A stretch of DNA of 61,559 bases, the filler included, from Sphacelaria rigidula (Eukaryota): assembly GCA_964200075.2 (NCBI GenBank). It is 11 parts of 11 records of this genome, joined end to end, with 100 filler letters (N's around TTAATTAATTAA, not from the genome) between each part and the next. Parts side by side here need not be neighbours in the genome. Positions count along the whole stretch, not along the records: positions 5,607 to 11,112 come from CAXNAA020026769.1; positions 11,213 to 16,718 come from CAXNAA020026770.1; positions 16,819 to 22,324 come from CAXNAA020026771.1; 8 more parts are not named here. One strand, 5' to 3'. The position numbers and the translations under genes are program-made. Below, one piece after another: positions 9,846 through 22,324 of the stretch. The notes beneath the pieces were generated by a model. The model was not told the DNA's origin. It saw only the letters and a program-made list of their open reading frames with translations, and ran no database searches. Positions within the stretch are counted from its first letter, which is position 1, and each line of letters opens with the position of its first letter.

Positions 9846-12800
9846 GGCGGAATAGGTCAGAGATATTGTTCTTTGACGAAGAGAAGTCATTTTCCAGCCA
9901 TCGCCGATTCTCGCTGAATTGGGGTGGGTATATACCGGCCTCGTGCTGTAGGTACAGGTATGATGCAAAAACAAAATCTAGAAGTCCTCACTCAGCGATG
10001 AATCTAACGGCGATGTTATTCCATGTACGCGTGTTATGTACCGTATCTACGGTAAACGTCAATGACGACTGATCCCCGAGTAATCCAGCGGTAGTCACTA
10101 TCCGAGTGATTCAGTTGTCATTATCCACAAGATGTAACCGAGGTGAACAAAACGAAAATGTTCGCTGAAAAAACAGATGAGTGGAAAAACATAAAGGTAC
10201 TAGTAGAACACACAAAAAAGGAGTAAAGCGAGAAAAAAGGAGGGAAACGGAAGGAAGGGAACAGAGAAGAACTACTGAAGACAGTAAATAGACGAGCTAT
10301 AAACTGAAATAGTGAATTTTAATAGAAACATGTATTTATTTTTTTGAGGGAAAACATGATGAAATACACGTGAGTTGATGATATATGGAATTGAGATTAA
10401 ATTAAAAAAACAGAAAAAATTATTAGAAAATAATAAAATAAAATCAACAACCAAATAAACCGAGAAACACCCGAACTCTTCGTCCGTACCCGAAGCAGGC
10501 CCAGTGCAGTGGCGTAGACCCCTGTATAGAGTCCGGTGCATCCACTTTCGCCTTCCCGCTCTGCGCACGTGGTGTCACGCAAAAACAATAAAAAAAAAGA
10601 AGGAAGACAGCAAGGAGTGGGCAGCGATAAAATAATTTTGTTCACACAATCCTACATGGAGAAAAAGCTGTCATACCGGGGAGAGATGGGTTGATCCCTT
10701 GAGACCACGGACTTATCTCGAGGAAGACGAGGGGTCCTAAGAGCGACAAATAAATAAATTAAATAAATTAAATAAGACATAATAAAAATAATAAACATGT
10801 GATTGATGGGCCAGTCGGAACAGTTCTCGACCAGAGTAAACTTCAACCTCCAAGGTTGTTTTTGGTTGGCACACTATAATAAACCATACCAAAAAGAAAT
10901 TAATAGCGAACATTCCGGTTATGGTTCGGAGGAATATCGAGCCCAGTTTCCGAACACTCCGGTGTGGTCCCGAAGGGTATTTTCCACGGTTAGGACGAAT
11001 CATCACGACTACGAATCACCACATCCACGATTTCTTCGGCCTGATTGCCCAAAAGAGAGAAAAAAGTTGACCGCTGGTCAAAGGGGTATCCACGCAACTT
11101 TTGCGCCATCCCNNNNNNNNNNNNNNNNNNNNNNNNNNNNNNNNNNNNNNNNNNNNTTAATTAATTAANNNNNNNNNNNNNNNNNNNNNNNNNNNNNNNN
11201 NNNNNNNNNNNNGCATGCATATGGTGAGTGCTATGCATAATATAGGCGGCCGGTTGATATTGTTCCTCGCACCCGCCTATATATACGCACCCGCCCGCGT
11301 ATGTTGTCGCCGCGCGCGATGTCGCGACCGCCATGAAAGAAGGTGCTCAAGTTTCCACCAACGAGAGATACATCATATCCACCCGCACGGCAGTGTGTGT
11401 GTGTGTCTATATATATATATATCCCTGTGCCCAACCCGTGCTCTTTGCTGCGGGGTTGTGGTGGTATAGCTGCATGGGCGGAATAATAATAATACTGTTG
11501 TGCGCGGGCGGGTACATGCGTTTATTGATGTTCGATTTGTGTGCGGTGATGAATATACGGAGGGATGGTCTTATACGATTGACTGAGTGATATTTTCTAA
11601 ACATGGTTCGTGTTGGTAGAGGATGGAAGACGGGGTTTTGTGAAAAATGTAGATACATTGACGAGGTACACCCGATCGTCTATCATCTTCCCACCTCCCC
11701 AGGGGCTTCAGACGAAGCACAGGTGTGGACATACACACGTATCCAACGTGTGGGATCTCTACTCAGCGAAAGCGGTTGAGACCCATGTACACATGGACTG
11801 GGGGGCAAAAGGATGAATACCTTTCAGCAGCTTTTTCTGCGTGTCGGATCCCATGCGCCGGTGACGATGCAGTATGCGGAATTTGCCCAGCAGCTGACGC
11901 TGCTCGCAATATGAATTTATTTTCCCCCAATCTCTGGATGGAATTGGAGGGAAAAGTAAATACTTATTTCGAGCTTCTTCTGCTGTTCAAATTCCGAATC
12001 TGCCAGTGTGCATGGGATTTGCGCAGCAGAATAAGCTGTTCGAAATAAATCCTTTTTTCGCTCATCTCAAAAATGGGCGAAAAAAAGATCGATCTTGAAC
12101 AGCTTCTTCTGCTCTTCTAAATAAATGTTTTTTTTTCGCCGAAATAAATTGGGCGAGAAGAGGAACTGTTTTGGATCTAGCTTGTCCTGCTATCCAAAAT
12201 AAGTTCCTTTTCGCTCGATTCAAATCGGGTGAAGAGGAATTTACCTCGGACAGGAGGACAAGGTATTGAAGATATATAAATTTACAGATTTTATACCAAA
12301 ATATTTGGAATTTTCGAAAAAAAAACTTGAGGTTTTTTCACCAAAACACTACCCCATGTCTGTGCAGGGCTTTGCCGACGTGCCTACACAGGGCTGTAAA
12401 TCCAACCCTGGGGAAACCCTATCAAAACGCTGCGATGGGTACAGATTTTGCATTTTACTGTCAGGGTTTTTTCACAAAGACTGTGGAGGACCCTGTACGG
12501 GCCCTGCACAGAGCGCCCCACAGGGTGTTATCTGTCCACGGGTGAAGATATGCCACTTGAACCCCATTTCAGAGATCAACCCCAAAAATCAAAATCCGCT
12601 GTTAGAGGTAACCTCGCGGTCAGAGGGTCAGGTGACTAATTTATAGTACCACTTTCACTTAAGTATTACTCCGAGATATCTCGAAAGGACGAACTTAACG
12701 ACTCCCGCCTGTTTTTCTTTCCTCCGCATCATCATGAATGACTCTCGTATAACATCCTACCCGAAACGAATATTCGAATATTGACTTTCTTCAATTACAC

Positions 12801-13310
12801 TGATTGGAAGATTTGTTGGACGGCATTACTTTCAGGACGCGGCAGAGAAAGTCACTGGCATAATATAATTCGATGGAATGATTACTCCACATCGATGCGC
12901 CCACCCAATGTGTACTGGGTGAGCTACCCCAATATCTATGCTGATACACTCGCCGGCCCCAATACATTGACCGGTTAACATGTTCTCACCTGTGCTACCC
13001 CAATACATATCGGTCGTGCAATATGCCTTCACTCGCACGGCCCCAATATATAAATTGATGGAACGATAGAGTAAATGTCCCTATTTCGGAACAGTACCAA
13101 TTGAGGAATCCTTTTATCTAATCGTCCACAACTCCGCGAAATATTGATCGTTTTCCGGTCTGTTTTTGCTGCGTGCGCACAAGAGCACAACGCTTCGTTT
13201 GCGCTACTGCACGTGCCTACAGCATCAGAAAACACCGTCCCACAGCACTGCGAATAAGCGTGTGTGCGTCTTTCTCCAAAATCAGCGTTGTGGTCGATCC
13301 GCTGCTAAGC

Positions 13311-15735
13311 ATGTAGAGAGCAAGGGTGGACCAAGAACGTGCAGCAGAGGCCGTAAAAGCGGTACGCAGCGGTCGCATGACCTTCCGCGCTGCTGCAAAG
13401 ACCTTTGGCATCTCCCTTGCTTCGGTGCAGAGGCGTACCAGTGGTAGCGTGAGCATAGCTAGCAGGATTAGCCCACGCATTGTACTATCGACGGAAGACG
13501 AAAGTTCCATCGAAGATATTATCCTGATATTCGCCGCAGGCCAACTTGGCCTGACTAGAGATGACCTGAAACAGGCGGTTATGGCACTCTGCAGCGACAA
13601 TCGACCGGTGCCATGGGGCCCGGCAGTAGGCCCAGGCCGACAATGGCTCAAAGTTTCCTTTGGAGGCACCCGCGGCTAGCAGAGCGTAGCAGCCGCATCT
13701 ACGAGGTCGACCGAGTTGTGGCTGATCAAGAGGATCGCATGCGAGAGTGTTATGCCGCATGGCGGGACTACGTGGACAAGGAGAAGCCAGCAGCCGACCA
13801 CATTTGGAACACTGACGAGACAGGTGCTTTACAGTCTGTTAAGAGTCAGTCCGTTTATGTGATACAACGCATTTATCCAGACCAAGAGCCAGAAGCTGTA
13901 GCTGTGGAGTTGTTGTTTTTGTGCTCTGATTTAGATTAGAGCCATATGACGCATTCGAAACGGTACTAGTCTCGCCGCATTCCTATCCTCTGTAGCACTT
14001 GGCGTTTGTCTGTGCGTGTCGTAATGCTGTCTCAGCGTGTTTTGTTGATTGTACTTGCTCTTTATAGAGGTACTGCCTATACTGTATGTAGAGTTGTTGC
14101 AAGCACCGTCATCAAAGGTGGTGCCAGTACTGTGCGCACAACCCGATACTCGTCGTAATACTCGATCCTGTGTACAGCGACATCATTGAATAACCCCCCC
14201 CCTCCCAATACACACGTTACTCGTGGATATTTACGCCGTAGGTGTTACTCCGCAAGTGATCAAGGCGCGGAAGATCGTCGCCGAGAGAGGACAAAAGGTC
14301 GTCGCCACGAAGCGCTCGAACTGCCGCGAGAATGTTACGGTCGTCGCCACTATCAACGCGGCGGGCGAGGTGACTCCGCCGCTGATCATTTTCTAAGGGC
14401 AGCGAGTGCAGGCGGCGTGGGTCAATGGCGGGGGTCCACCAGGTGCGTTGTACGCTTCAACCGGGTCATCTTTCATGCAGGGACCGGTGTTATTTAACTA
14501 CATAAAGGCGTTCCACAAGCACATTGCTGACACCGGGAAGGCTGACGGGAAGCCGAACGTGCTAGTGCTCGATGGGCACGCCTCTCACCTCACCGTCGAA
14601 GCGGTTGAGTTGGCGATATCTTTGAAGATTGAGCTGTTTCAGCTCCCGTCGCATTCATCACATATTTTATCACGCAGCCCCTAGACGTCGCAGCATTTGG
14701 GATCTTCAAGAGGGAGATCACGTCAACATTGCAGTTGTTCCCACGCCGCGACGGTGACAAGATGCCCGTTAAATCGGACACGGTCAACGTGATTTGAGAT
14801 GCATTTTCGGTGAGCTTCACGCCGTCACAGGTCAAGGCATCTTTTGAGGGAGCAGGTCTGTGGCCTGTGGACATGCACCGGGCTCTGAACAGGCTACGCG
14901 GGTGTGGATCGCGCGATCGGGGCTGCAGGGTGCTCGGTCACCTTTGGCGGACGTGCCAGTCGCGATAATCGAGAACGTGCTTGCTTCTGCACTCTGTGAT
15001 CGTGCTGTGCGCAAGCTCCAAAGTCAAGGCCACACAATTACTGGACTGCGGGTGAGTACGGTCATGTTTGGCGGGTGCCTAAAACACCGAGAAGCAAGGA
15101 GGCATCCATCGATCTCCAGGCGCGCAAGTGGGATTGCCCAGGGAGGTCTCCTCACTCGTGACAGGGTCATGGCAAGATACGAGGAGGACGAGCGTCAAAG
15201 GCGGGACGAAGAGCAAGCGAAGGCCGATCGTGCCACCGGACGGCTAGCCAACACGGCAGCACGGGAAGCTGCCGCTGCCGTTGCAGACTGTGGTGAAGGA
15301 TAGGGCGTGGGTCGTGGTGACGCTGCGGTTAGTGGCCAAGGAAGGGGCCGTGATGGGTATTGGGTGGGTGGGTGTGGAGTGCCTCCGAAAGGGGGTGGGC
15401 ATGAGATACCTGCGAGAGGTGGGCGTGGGATGCCTACGGCACGGGGTGGTCGTGGGGTGCCTGCAGGACAAGGTGGACGTGGTTTGCTTGCGAGAGGGGG
15501 GCGTGAGATCCTTGCGAGAGGAGGTGGGCATGGGATGCAAACGAGAGGAGGTGGGCGTGGGATGCCTGCGAGAGGAGGCGGGCGTGGGGTGCCTGCTACA
15601 GAGGGTGGGCGCGTGGTTCCTGCAGGAGAAGGTGGGCGTAGGGTACATGCAGGAGGTGGGCGTGGGGTGTCTGCGAGAGGACGTGGAAGTGACCTCTCGG
15701 GACGTGGAAAGATGGCGCCGGCTCACACAAGTTAG
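13311..15735 (+). pseudogene. pogo/Fot1-type (Tc1/mariner superfamily) DDE transposase, intron-containing, inactivated
   Basis: Psq-like HTH (AVKAVRSGRMTFRAAAKTFGISLASVQRR), CENP-B-like GRQWL..F..RHPRL, catalytic motifs IWNTDETG, VLVLDGHASH, PSHSSH..QPLDV; GT-AG intron 13824-14241; ATG-TAG at 13311, TAA at 14394 and several frameshifts. Confidence 0.9.
15380..15700 (+). repeat. 24-30-nt GC-rich minisatellite (CCTGCGAGAGGAGGTGGGCGTGGGGTG-like) encoding PARGG(G)RG repeats
   Basis: About a dozen degenerate tandem units, in frame with the transposase C-terminal segment (ORFs 14860 and 15307 share a frame, separated by one TAG). Confidence 0.85.
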
Positions 15736-17229
15736 CCGCCGTGCAGTTGCTACAAGAGGTGGACGTGGGCGCGGTACGTCCACGACAGTAAGTGCCCCAG
15801 GTGGCCGGGAAAATCAGCGCGTACGTGAGGATGGTCCGCCCTCGCCACCTTTGAAACGCACCCGGGGAGCGACTGCTGCATCATCTACATGAAATATTCG
15901 GCAGCGTTTACAGGATTTCAATTTTTACAATGCCGTCGGCGGTAGATTGGGCGAAGTTCCGCTGATCGGTTTGCTCAGTTTCGTGCTCGAGCTACGTCTG
16001 CCGTTTTCTGAGTCATTGTCGATTTAGGTGAAACGTTTGTGTTGGGGGGAAGGGGGAGGGGAGGTGTACTCATTTGTTGTTTGCCTTGTTCGTTTGATCA
16101 TTGACCATGAACCCCTTTCGAGATGAGGCCAGGAGCAGCAAACGTGCCTCATTGTAAACTCAGTCACATCCGACGAACACCAACTTCGGCGAGAGTTGTG
16201 TCGAAACTGATTCCAGTTGGTTGGATAGCTCTAAACAAACGGATATATATATATATATTATATTATATTATATAGAGCTCTAAGGACGTGTTCGTCGAGT
16301 TCGGCGTTGCCAAACACTGAGAAGAATGGCCAAATATGTCCCGAAATTCCAGGAATAGGCCAATTTAATCCCCGAATCGCCTCTTTTCCCTCTTTGGTGC
16401 CGGAAAGTGGTGCATTGTGGTGCATTGTGGTGCATTGTGATGCGTCAAGGTGTGGCCAAAGCAAAAGATCTGGAAAGTCCCGAGGTGTTCCATTTTCGTA
16501 GCCATTGTCGATTTCTGGTGAAAAATGAGTGGCTAGGGGGCATAACTCAACGTGTGTTATAGTACCTTAATCGTCACCAATGAACATCATGTTTTGGGAG
16601 ATTCCTGACACTTTCTACGATAGCCCTCCCCCAAAACTAGCCCAAAAGTGTCACGAAAAGAACGGCCATACAGCGCCTGATGTTCGAGTTCAGGCTGCAT
16701 GAAGCGCCTCATATCGGCNNNNNNNNNNNNNNNNNNNNNNNNNNNNNNNNNNNNNNNNNNNNTTAATTAATTAANNNNNNNNNNNNNNNNNNNNNNNNNN
16801 NNNNNNNNNNNNNNNNNNGTTGACCTTCCTCCTGTGTAACCCCGGATGGTGTGCGCACATATACCGAAATGTGTAGACCGGCGTCCAGAATAGATGGGAC
16901 GACAACACACACACAATTGCCCTGACCAAAATGAGAAATAAGGTAAAATAGCGAAGTAGTTCATCTGTAGTCCACCTGTATGGGAACAAAGTGGCCATTT
17001 AATGGCCGTGATTGGTCAGAACTGTCACTGCGCTCCTCTCGGGCCTCGTTCCTGGTTTGTAATTTTCCCTGGGAAACTTCCGAACACACATGGTTGACTT
17101 GGTAACAGCTTTTCGGCTGCTATGCGAGCAGGCCCGCACTCCCCCGTCAAAAACCACTCCTCCACCCCTGGAAACCCCCAGATGTCCCTGGACTGTCAGT
17201 CTGTAAAAATGTTCCGAGGCGACGCTCGC

Positions 17230-18740
17230 TGTCTAACGGTTCATACGTCGGACGAGCACGAGTGTGACTCGTGGCACTTGCACTCGTTGGGCTGCTCGTT
17301 GACCGTAAAAGTTAATAGGGCGAGCACTCGAGTCATTGCTCATTGTGGAAAAATATTACTGTAATAGGTCGAGCAAACGAGTCATTGCTCGTTGTGGAAA
17401 AAATTAACCCCTTTGGGACCGGGCCCCCAGAACGACCAATGAGGCTGGTTAGGAATGACGTGTCTGACGTCTGACGTCTGCACGAAACAGTGGCATGCTG
17501 CTAAAAATCCGTGTACGTAATAAAACCGCGGAGTTATGAGGAAGACCGAAAGTTTCATCCAATCTATCTTCAGTTGCAGGGTCCACATTAGGTGATGTAC
17601 ATCTGATGTAGCAAGCAGTATGGGTCGTGGTGGAGAGCTTTCAACAGGATGCGGCGACCAGCGGGCCGCCCGCCACTTGTGGCCTTGGATGATGGTGATG
17701 TTCCCATCACCTTGCTACACAGCCCTTCGTGGTCGGGTTGGGCCGCCATTTCCCTCCTCGTTGCAATAGACAAATTATCTTCAAAGGGTATGGGCCTTGC
17801 GGCGCACATACATACAATACAGTACAGTATAGTACAGTAAGTGCAGTACGCCTCTCCGACTGCAGCAGCAACTGCCGCTGGATACTCCCTTGCACGTTCT
17901 GGACGGTTCTCAGCAACAGAGATCAGCTGTCTTATTATTATTATTATTTCCGCACATTAGTCCGATCTCGCGAACCCGTGGTCACAGACGTGGGCTCCCC
18001 TTTCCAATACCGTCTATACACAGCTTATTCATCCCCGCCCACTGCACACATGTTCACAGTGTTCTGCGAGTCATCGGCAGAGGGATACGCAGAATAATTC
18101 TTGACGGTAGCTCCTTTTGTCTTTCCACGACCCACCTGGGTTCAGTGCCTCGTGAAAACGACCACTTTGTGGCATATACACTCCCTCCCGGTTTTCCCAT
18201 TTCACCCTGTGTTAGTGTAATTACTACGTTTTAGTATAGGCTGGCGACCACAAAAAACTCCTGGGAAACCCCGGTAACGCCATGCTGAGTGCAAGTAATA
18301 CGATAAGCCATGCTCCGAGCACCCTGGCTTTAGAAACCTGGGAAGGCTTATCTGGGCCAGGGATAGGGTTCCCACACTATCTTCGCAGTGACATCACACT
18401 CGGCAACAGTCCCCGCGCTGGTCGTTCGGGTCTGGTCGATAAATTTCGCCTCGCCGTGATTGGGCAGCTCGCTCCCTGACTTTTTATTATTATTTCACGG
18501 AGGCATGGTCAACCTCGTGTTAGTGGGGGGTCGGTCCCATGCAAAAGGGTCAATAGGGCGAGCACTCGAGTCTTCGCTCGTTGGGGAAACAAACTAATAG
18601 GGCGAGCACTCGAGTCATTGCTCGTTGTAAAAAGAAGTGATGACTCGAGCACACGAGTCATGCTCGTTGTGTTTTGAAAAAACATCCACGAGTGCACTCG
18701 TCTCGACGAGTGATGACTCGTCCGACGTGTAAACGGTTAC
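17230..18740. mobile_element. Non-autonomous TIR element with tandem TAGGGCGAGCACTCGAGTCATTGCTCG motifs, split by a later insertion
   Basis: Ends AACGGTTCATACGTCGGACGAG / CTCGTCCGACGTGTAAACGGTT are inverted; internal motif array resumes after 18553. Confidence 0.65.
17408..18549. mobile_element. Non-autonomous piggyBac-type element inserted at a TTAA of the host repeat
   Basis: TTAA|CCCCTTTGGGACC ... GGTCCCATGCAAAAGGG|TCAA; removing it restores the host unit (T)TAATAGGGCGAGCAC. Confidence 0.65.
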
Positions 18741-20298
18741 GTTGATCACTTGCCTGACCTAGTCAAGAAATCTTTTTCATGTGTTTGGGAGCAAAAGAAG
18801 TAATTCCCCCCCCAAAATGCAGATTTCGGGGGGTAACATAGACCCTAGACCGCGACGGTAAGTCACCTGCTGAATCGGCATCAATTTTCACTTGAAAAAA
18901 AGCACCGTTGTATAACCCCGTGCAGAATCCGCGTGCCATCTGCCACAGTGGTGTGCTTATCGCAGCGAGGTCACTCCAGCGATTTAGTGACTAGCCACTT
19001 GTACCTGGTGAATGACGTATATACCTACAATAATTTCCTGCTGAACCGGGGGATTCTGTAATCTTCTCGTAGTCGGCGATTTTCAATACTTTTTTCGCGT
19101 ACCATCGCTCATCCCACTGAGCGTTTGATCGCCAAGTTTGGGGATCGGCACATACTAGGCATCCATCCGCTCCACATTTTCGAAATAATAATCGTATCTG
19201 CGCTCAATATCAAACGACTTACGGGCTGCAGTGACAGGGGGTATTATTGTCAGCTTGTGACTCGAACAAATTTTCCGGCTCTAGCGCAATGAACAGGTGA
19301 TAATAAAAAATAAATCGAGCAAAAATACCTGAGGGTAAGAATCTGAAACAGGGTAGTCGCAGGACCCCCCGAGGACCTCTCAGCCCGTAGGTTGTTCAAT
19401 TTTGAGTACAGTGATGATTTTTGTTGCGGAATGTGGAGCCGAAGCGTAGTATTTACCTATCCCCAAACTTCGGGATCAAACGTCAACTGGGATCAGCGGT
19501 GACAAGCGAAAAAACTATTGAAGATCGCCGACTCCGAGGAAATCACAAAAACTGCCATGTGTGCATTCAAATTCAATCCTTCGATCGTGAGGCCGGGCTT
19601 CATGTGAAATATTCTTTCCGTGACTTCATCAAAACGACTGAGGCCGTGTCTCGTCATTTGTTTTTCGACTCGAACGAATTGATTTAGTTTGTTTGGCTGT
19701 GTTTGGGTCCGAGCGAATTTCCACGATTTGGGTCGAAAAAGCTACGAACAAAATTCGCGGAGCGGTACTTGTTTACAATACAGACAGTAAAGACAGTACA
19801 GTGCTGCCTGTACTGTCTGCAAAGTGTGTGTGCTTCGTACAGCATGCAGGCGGGATGTGGAAAAGAAGCGGGCAACGTGACGTACAGACAGCAGAGCTGT
19901 CTGTACTCTGCATACAGGAGGATGCAAAGAAGATTCGAACCGCGTGCAGTTTTGTACTACCTGCACTATCTATGAGCATGTTCGCAATTTGGCCATCCAC
20001 CCCAACACGCAGCTCCGTTGGTGCACGCCACCACAAAATTAGATGCCCAAGTTTTCGCCGACAAAATAGGAACACATCATGCGAAGATGGTGTCCGTTTC
20101 CCATCACTGCAGTACATGCATTTTTGTGCGCAGCTCGTGATCTATGCTGCAGGGTCGAGCTGCTGGCTGCGAATGAATCATGTGACGCTTGCATAGTCCT
20201 GTGAAGGGGTGGTATCTGGCATGGTTGTCTTCAACATGGAGTCATGTGCCTCTTCGTTCGTTTCCGCCGCGTGTTTTCAACCGAAAAAGCTAGAAGTA

Positions 20299-21591
20299 CG
20301 AGCTGGGCTAGCCTGAAAACGGATTTAATCCCTTGACCGCGAGGGTAGGTCACCTGCGGAATCAGCATCAATATTCACTTGAGGAAGGTATGCATGATCC
20401 ATATGGACTACCCGCCGGCGTCTAGGTTAAACTCTCAAAGCAATATCTCATCGACACAGACGAGTTGGGCCGTGATCCGCATCCGCGTATTGTATTCATC
20501 GTCTAATCAAGGGGAACGCGCTCATCTGCTCAAAGGCCTGGACCAATACTTCCTCGCTGATTGAACCCCATGTCTTGTAATTCCTATACCGTACGGAGAT
20601 AGCGCCCAAACTAAAATCTTTATGAAACCCCGAACGATACATTCAGCGGATGATGACGAATTTTGGTGTGAACCTTCCCTGGAGCACGGGGAGATGGTAG
20701 ATACCCTCAACTTCACCTAATTCGTAATCTATCTCGAGATATGGCGCACATAAGTTTCCATACTAAAATCAGAATATTACGAGCTGAGGCACTAGATGCC
20801 CTAAATCTGGATATTGCGTCTCGGTTTCTAAGAGTTTTGCAATGAAATTTCGTATGGAGAACCGCTAATATAGTGCATAACAAGGCAAAAAAAACAGCTA
20901 TTTCATTTTTTTCGGGTTTTTGGGGCAGTCATGAGGAGAAATGGACACTGCGCTTTGGCCTAATCTGATATTTTTGGCTCAATTTTAGGAATTGATATTT
21001 GAAACTCAGCATGGAGAACCACAGAGGTATGCTGAAAAAATAATGTGCCTTCATTTTCCTTTGGTTTGGGGGAGAGAGATTCGGGCGTTCTCGTGAAAAA
21101 AATGTCGTTACATACTAAAACGTCCTGAACCAGTGAAAATACATAAATAAATACCAAGGTGACCCATTCTTTTGGTTCATCATGCCCTAGCGAAGTCCCA
21201 CACGAAATTTCAATACACAAGCACCAAACGTGGGCCGGTAAGTGGTCTACAAAATATTGTTCCGAATTTCTACCGACCCCGATACTAAACAGCCTATTTG
21301 CCGGCCAATATTTAGAGTTGGGCCCTCCTCAAATTTGGAATGGGTAGTGAATAGGGCACAATATTAAAATTAAGCATGTACTCAAAGTTTTTTTTTCTTC
21401 TCATGAGTTAAGGGCGATAATCGATTTTCAGGTATCAGTAAAATGCCCTTAACTCAGGAAAAAAAAAATGCGTTTTTTATTTTTATTTCGCCCTACTCAT
21501 TGTCTATACCAAATTTCAGGGTCCAACTCTAAATATTGGCCGTCGAATGGGCTTGCAAACTACAGATCCGTCTCTAGGCTGGCCCAGCTCG
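20299..21591. mobile_element. Non-autonomous Tc1/mariner-type element, ~1.3 kb, TA target duplication
   Basis: TA|CGAGCTGGGCTAGCCT...AGGCTGGCCCAGCTCG|TA; homologous body at 60304-61340 and right-end copy at ~44538-44650. Confidence 0.85.
20329..20426. mobile_element. ~100-bp TTAA-specific MITE nested in the 1.3-kb element
   Basis: Flanked by TTAA...TTAA, homologous to 40008-40105; absent at the equivalent site of the 60304 copy. Confidence 0.75.
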
Positions 21592-21623
21592 TAACCTCTG
21601 CTTCAATTAGGAGGCATACGGTA

Positions 21624-22222
21624 CGACCTGGGCCAGCTGACAGTGATTTTTGAATGAAGAATGGCGATGCGATTGGTAATTCGAAGAGGTAGGGCTGAAA
21701 TTTCGACACGACATTTTCATCAGCCCGCGCAACCTTATTGGGGGTGCAGATGAAAAAAAAGAAAAGGAAGTTAGAGCGAGTTGAAGCTTCAGCAAAAACA
21801 GGGGAGATGCTATAACTCCCTTAAAAAATGATTAAAACGGCTGCACCCCCAAGGACGTTGTGGGCACTCGCGTCCAGAACATCCTGGTGAAGTTTCGGCC
21901 AAAAACATCTCATATTGGGCGCGGCATCGCACTTTTCGTGTGACACGGCCGCGCCCCTTCAATCCAACTGGAGACTCAAGTTATGAAGTTCATGAGTTCG
22001 AATCCCGACACATTCTCTTTTTTTGTCGTCCGTCGTTATATATAAGGTCATTTATTATGCAACATATATTTTTTTCATGCTTTTTCTACGTTCAGCGGCG
22101 GTGCCGTGCGTCACCAGGTTGGTCTGCAGTTCACAACGATATGCTCAAGCCGCGCTGATTTGGTCAACTTGACAAGTTGTGGTGTGGAAAGCGAATGCGA
22201 GATTTACTGCTAGCCCAGCTCG
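21624..22222. mobile_element. Non-autonomous Tc1/mariner-type element, ~600 bp, same TIR family
   Basis: TA|CGACCTGGGCCAGC...GCTAGCCCAGCTCG|TA; inverted homologue at 58427-59312. Confidence 0.8.
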
Positions 22223-22254
22223 TAGTAGTTTCTAAACTTTGAAACCATAGAGTG

Positions 22255-22324
22255 CCGGTCGCCCCGGTGGCTCAGTTGGTAACCTCGTAACCTTCTGACG
22301 GTTGAGTAGGGAGGTTCGATTCCC
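22255..22324 (+). mobile_element. tRNA-like head of SINE family A, cut by contig end
   Basis: GGTCGCCCCGGTGGCTCAGTTGGTAACC (A box)...GGTTCGATTCCC (B box); same head on SINE bodies elsewhere in the window. Confidence 0.8.

Noticed and set aside
15281..15892. 203-aa VGVGCLRE-repeat ORF as an independent gene
   Set aside because: Alternative frame of the minisatellite; the RGG frame is the one continuous with the transposase
22255..22324. Possible tRNA gene
   Set aside because: The same head is attached to SINE bodies elsewhere, and the 3' acceptor end is lost at the contig break
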